A stretch of 46,958 nt of DNA from an uncultured Candidatus Bathyarchaeia archaeon. Its GTDB lineage: Archaea; Thermoproteota; Bathyarchaeia; Bathyarchaeales; Bathyarchaeaceae. Both the position numbers and the translations under genes were made by a program. The stretch covers positions 1 through 46,958 of the forward strand of contig CAYGAE010000002.1 of the NCBI GenBank assembly GCA_964347855.1, given 5' to 3'. The notes under the pieces are model-generated. The model was not told the origin of the DNA and ran no database searches. It worked only from the letters and a program-made list of their open reading frames with translations. Below are positions 43,852 through 46,958 of the stretch, one piece after another (position 1 is the first letter of the stretch; the number at the start of each line of letters is the position of its first letter).

Positions 43852-44045
43852 ACCTGGTTTTTTGCAAAAGCTCTCGAGAAAAAAGAAGCTCAAAACGGGG
43901 TAGTCTTATTACGGTAGTAAATTAATAATGACAATAGGGAGTCTTCTAAACTGACTGTTCTGCACAGACAAACAGAGTTTAACGACGCACCGCTCAGGCC
44001 CTACGGCGGCACCAAACGAGCTGTCAACAACTACTACGGTGACGA

Positions 44046-44055
44046 GCGCGCGCGC
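44046..44055. repeat. alternating (GC)5 tract
   Basis: acgaGCGCGCGCGCtgaa, in the 560-nt unassigned spacer between menA-like and lysK. Confidence 0.95.
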
Positions 44056-44224
44056 TGAAACTTCCAATTCACCCATTTCGGAACAGATCCAATCTCTCAA
44101 TGTTTGTGGGGTTATCTCACTTCCAATTCTCTTGTTGATTTCGGTGTATCTTCTCCTGAGGTAAACCTCTGTTACTGGAAATACGCGTGCGCCCGGACCC
44201 GAAATGACAACTATAAACCTCGGG

Positions 44225-45838
44225 TCAAAGGGTTTTCTCTGCTTGCGCTTGGATAGCTCTTCTCAATGCATTGATTACGTTTTTGGTTCCCATGGCAATC
44301 ACGTATGGGCCTAGTCGTGGGCCTTCAGGCACTCCCAAAAGAATAGCATAAAGAGCCTTGAAGAGCTTTCTAGGAGGAACTTCATGCTTCCTTGAGACGT
44401 CGAAGATGGCGCTTTGTATCTTGTTTTGGTCCCTTTCCTCTTGGAGGACTTGAATCAGTTCTTCGACAGCCGCCGTTTCTTGACTGCTCAATTTTACGGA
44501 TTTTTCTTTGATTTCAATGAAGTCTCTCACCCAATTTAACGCGAATTCAATTCTCTGTTTCAACCTCTCCGGAGTTTCATCTTTTACGTATCCATATTCT
44601 CGGAGTTTCTCTGTGATATATTCTGTTTCAGCATCTTTTGGAGCAACCTTGGCGAGATATGTGAGTAGATTGTAGGACACATGAATTGTAGGTTCGGTTG
44701 GCGGTTTCAATGACCAGCAGTATTCATAAAGACCTGTGATTTTAGCTAGTTCTTTTTCATCGGCGATAGGTTTTTCTCCAAAGTAGATGCTCTCAAGTTC
44801 GTCCAGTTCGTCCACGTATTGAGGTATGTCAGTAGCAGAGACAGCCCGGGTTCCCACAAAACGTTTCAGAGTAAGCAGAACCAACGACTGGGGTGACCCA
44901 TATCGGAACCACACTTGAGGGGTGAACACGTTTCCCACAGACATGGAAATTCTCCTTCCACTCTTGTCTAGAAACATTTCGTACTGGGCATGCATGGGCG
45001 GCTCATAACCCAGAATCTCTCGGCTGATTCGGTCGTTTACTCTGACAGAATCAGCGATGTCTTTTCCGTATGCTTCAAAGCGTATGTCTAAGGCTTTCCA
45101 TCGAGCGGCGAATTCAGCTTTCCAGCTGAGTTTTCCTTCTCCTTTTCTGTAGTCAACTTCGTCTTGGTGTCCACATCCTTTGAGCCATTTTCCCTTTATT
45201 TCCATTCCTTTGCAGGTGTAGAGGACTTTATTTTCTTTTGGAAGAAACTCGTAGGCCTTTGTCGTGTAAATGCGACCGCAGTTGGAACACACCGGAAAAT
45301 ATGGAAGGGCTTCCTCGTATTTCTCTTGTCCAACTTCTTCTCGAATAATCTGACCTACTCGCTTAGCGTTTATTAGCAATGTTTTGATTTCCTCATTTAG
45401 GATGCCGTCTCTGTAGACTTCTGTTCCCGAGAATAATCTATATTCAATTCTACACTTGTCAAAAGCTTCTTGAAGAAGCCCTATCACATGGGCTCCGAAA
45501 CTCTTATGGCACTTATACGGATCCGGAACGGAAGTAACTGGAAAACCCAAATACTTCTGCAACCAACGTGGAAATCCAGCAGGGACCCTTCTCAGTCCGT
45601 CTTTGTCATCCGAAAAGGCGATTAGTTCCGAACGGAATCCTTGTTCTTGAACAGCCAATGTCACCGCATATGATCTTGCACCGTCTGAGAAACTGCCAAT
45701 GTGGGGAAGACCCGAAGCGCCAATTCCCATCTCAGTCCTGATCAAGTCGAGGCTTCTACCTAGCTTTCGCTCCCTCTCTATGATCTCAACGGCGGTTTTA
45801 TCGTACCAAGTGCCACGCCCAATGATCTCATCAGTCAT
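44225..45838 (-). CDS. lysK: lysine--tRNA ligase, class I
   Basis: 537 aa with an N-terminal Rossmann segment MGIGASGLPHIGSF (HIGH-like). The overall pattern matches archaeal class I LysRS. Confidence 0.9.
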   Translation of the reverse strand: MTDEIIGRGTWYDKTAVEIIERERKLGRSLDLIRTEMGIGASGLPHIGSFSDGARSYAVTLAVQEQGFRSELIAFSDDKDGLRRVPAGFPRWLQKYLGFPVTSVPDPYKCHKSFGAHVIGLLQEAFDKCRIEYRLFSGTEVYRDGILNEEIKTLLINAKRVGQIIREEVGQEKYEEALPYFPVCSNCGRIYTTKAYEFLPKENKVLYTCKGMEIKGKWLKGCGHQDEVDYRKGEGKLSWKAEFAARWKALDIRFEAYGKDIADSVRVNDRISREILGYEPPMHAQYEMFLDKSGRRISMSVGNVFTPQVWFRYGSPQSLVLLTLKRFVGTRAVSATDIPQYVDELDELESIYFGEKPIADEKELAKITGLYEYCWSLKPPTEPTIHVSYNLLTYLAKVAPKDAETEYITEKLREYGYVKDETPERLKQRIEFALNWVRDFIEIKEKSVKLSSQETAAVEELIQVLQEERDQNKIQSAIFDVSRKHEVPPRKLFKALYAILLGVPEGPRLGPYVIAMGTKNVINALRRAIQAQAEKTL

Positions 45839-45967
45839 GAACGGAAGTTTCCTTCGACTGTCTAAGTTAATAGTCCATGTAGTTTAATAAAAATCGTGTC
45901 ACTTGTCTATTTGGAAATCTATGGAGCATGGGTTCGCTTAAACCTAACTCTCTTCCAAATTAAGGAT

Positions 45968-45975
45968 GCGCGCGC
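45968..45975. repeat. alternating (GC)4 tract inside a 14-nt palindrome
   Basis: GATGCGCGCGCATC (45965-45978), between the ccmB stop and the lysK start. Confidence 0.95.
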
Positions 45976-46090
45976 ATCGTATTCCACGGTTGTATGGGGG
46001 CAGACGCGAACTATTGGTCTCAGATGTGGTTATTGGAGCGAATTCAAACCCAAGATCTCTCTTGTCTGAAGTAAAACTTGAATAGGGAGC

Positions 46091-46777
46091 CTATTCTTCC
46101 AACACAAATTTAAACGTTAGATTCGCTACAGCTGCAACAGATACAAGGAAGGCAATGAGCAATCTTAATTCTGACATAACATCAACTGCGGCGACACTGT
46201 TCAAAATCTTGACAGTGGCCAGAACCGACGGAACAAGCACCGGCACACAAACGGGAAAAAGCAGAAAGGATAGAAGGAGGGTTTTTCCCTCTGAAAACAT
46301 GACGAGACCAGAAACAAACGATCCAGCAATTGAAAGGTCAATAATCCCCAGTAGGAAGACAAGCAGAAAATCCAACAATCTCGCAGGTATTCTAAGGTTT
46401 AGGAATACAAAGGAGAAGGGAAGCATTACACATTCCACAAGGAGAAGCAGCACCGTGGCATACAGGGTTTTTCCAAAGAGTATTGATGCGGGTGAGCATG
46501 GAAGGGTTTTGAGGCCTCCAAGGGTTCCTCGATCCATCTCCCTAGTGAACGATGTTGTGAAGGTCAAAACGCTGGTGAAGAAAAGTATAATCCACAAAGC
46601 TGCTGAGGTCACCTCTGGACTAGCGGCTATAGCACCACCCCAAGCAAAACTGCAAATGAGAATCGAACTCACTGAGAAGGTGAGAATGGACAGAATTTCA
46701 TAAGCTCTCTTAAACTCTACCTTAAGATCCTTCGCAGCTATCCCAATCGAGGCTGAGAAAAATCCCATGGGTGTCAC
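46091..46777 (-). CDS. ccmB: heme exporter protein B (cytochrome c maturation system I)
   Basis: 228 aa with 6 TM segments. KDLKVEFKR..., FTREMDRGTLGGLKTLP and GKTLLLSFLLFPVCVPVLV align with the CcmB pattern. The GTG start overlaps the upstream stop (GTGA). Confidence 0.75.
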   Translation of the reverse strand: MTPMGFFSASIGIAAKDLKVEFKRAYEILSILTFSVSSILICSFAWGGAIAASPEVTSAALWIILFFTSVLTFTTSFTREMDRGTLGGLKTLPCSPASILFGKTLYATVLLLLVECVMLPFSFVFLNLRIPARLLDFLLVFLLGIIDLSIAGSFVSGLVMFSEGKTLLLSFLLFPVCVPVLVPSVLATVKILNSVAAVDVMSELRLLIAFLVSVAAVANLTFKFVLEE

Positions 46778-46958
46778 CCAGAGAAGGTGTCCTGAATTAG
46801 GTTTCCTTTATCAAAAAGAAGACTTCTTCTGCAAAGTTGTTCTGCCCAGTTTCTCGAATGAGATGACACTAACAGAGTTTTTCCCTGTAGGGTTTTGAAG
46901 TTGTCCACAAGGAAGTTTCGAGTCTCTTCATCCAATCCGGCGAAAAGTTCGTCAAGCA
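46774..46958 (-). CDS. ccmA: ABC transporter ATPase, CcmA-like, C-terminal fragment (runs off the window)
   Basis: Manual translation of the minus strand gives LDELFAGLDEETRNFLVDNFKTLQGKTLLVSSHS...GNLIQDTFSG* (Walker B plus H-loop). The stop at 46774-46776 overlaps the ccmB start. Not in the ORF track because its start is outside the window. Confidence 0.7.
   Translation of the reverse strand, partial: LDELFAGLDEETRNFLVDNFKTLQGKTLLVSSHSRNWAEQLCRRSLLFDKGNLIQDTFSG

Noticed and set aside
43909-44100. 63-aa TTG-start ORF in the menA-lysK spacer.
   Set aside because: It has low-complexity sequence (VVVVDSSFGAAVG), crosses a GC tract and has no promoter-like element. It is treated as part of a possible remnant, not as a gene.
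46020-46070. tRNA-like T-arm resemblance (gcgaattcaaaccc) between ccmB and lysK.
   Set aside because: There is no complementary stem, no acceptor stem and no anticodon arm. Likewise no tRNA, rRNA, SRP RNA or RNase P signature was found by eye in the other spacers (3730-3837, 7539-7749, 17084-17374, 43852-44224).
1-46958. Search for CRISPR arrays, IS elements, integrases, toxin-antitoxin pairs and known defence cassettes.
   Set aside because: No regularly spaced direct repeats, terminal inverted repeats or transposase, integrase or Cas-like ORFs were recognised. This absence was judged by eye only and should be confirmed with dedicated tools.

Overview
Gene-dense archaeal chromosomal segment. 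Archaeal markers: class I LysRS, archaeal-type PPAT, TrmB and Lrp regulators, Hdr/MvhD genes, a PEF-CTERM sorting signal, and A/T-rich TATA-like boxes 20-50 nt upstream of starts. GC is roughly mid-40s % by eye. Left third: a CoA-biosynthesis cluster (panE-panB-[decarboxylase remnant]-coaBC-coaD), malic enzyme, MFS transporters, Ogg and Tag glycosylases, an HtrA protease and a Tes-like radical SAM enzyme next to TrmB. Centre: (i) a three-gene operon in which a radical SAM/SPASM enzyme with a PqqD-like recognition domain follows a 542-aa membrane protein ending in a (Cys-Ala)n tail (10 Cys in 22 residues) and a zinc-ribbon membrane protein. This is my best candidate for an undescribed system. 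(ii) A short, hinge-less SMC5/6-like ATPase with a kleisin-like partner. Right third: a 13-kb, 11-gene heterodisulfide-reductase-like supercluster in two convergent operons. It holds two ~1,000-aa double HdrA proteins, two ~340-aa short HdrA proteins, two HdrB/HdrC pairs, one fused HdrD-like protein and two MvhD proteins (one fused to a winged-helix domain), with no hydrogenase or dehydrogenase module in view. After it come a CxxCH/PEF-CTERM surface protein, a MenA-like prenyltransferase, LysRS and CcmB/CcmA. Non-genic signal: eleven alternating (GC)n tracts of 7-11 nt lie outside confident genes. Several sit just upstream of TATA-like boxes, and a 6-nt version (1810-1815) and one of the eleven (5186-5193) coincide with breakpoints of decayed genes. 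I recognised no rRNA, tRNA, CRISPR array or IS element by eye.
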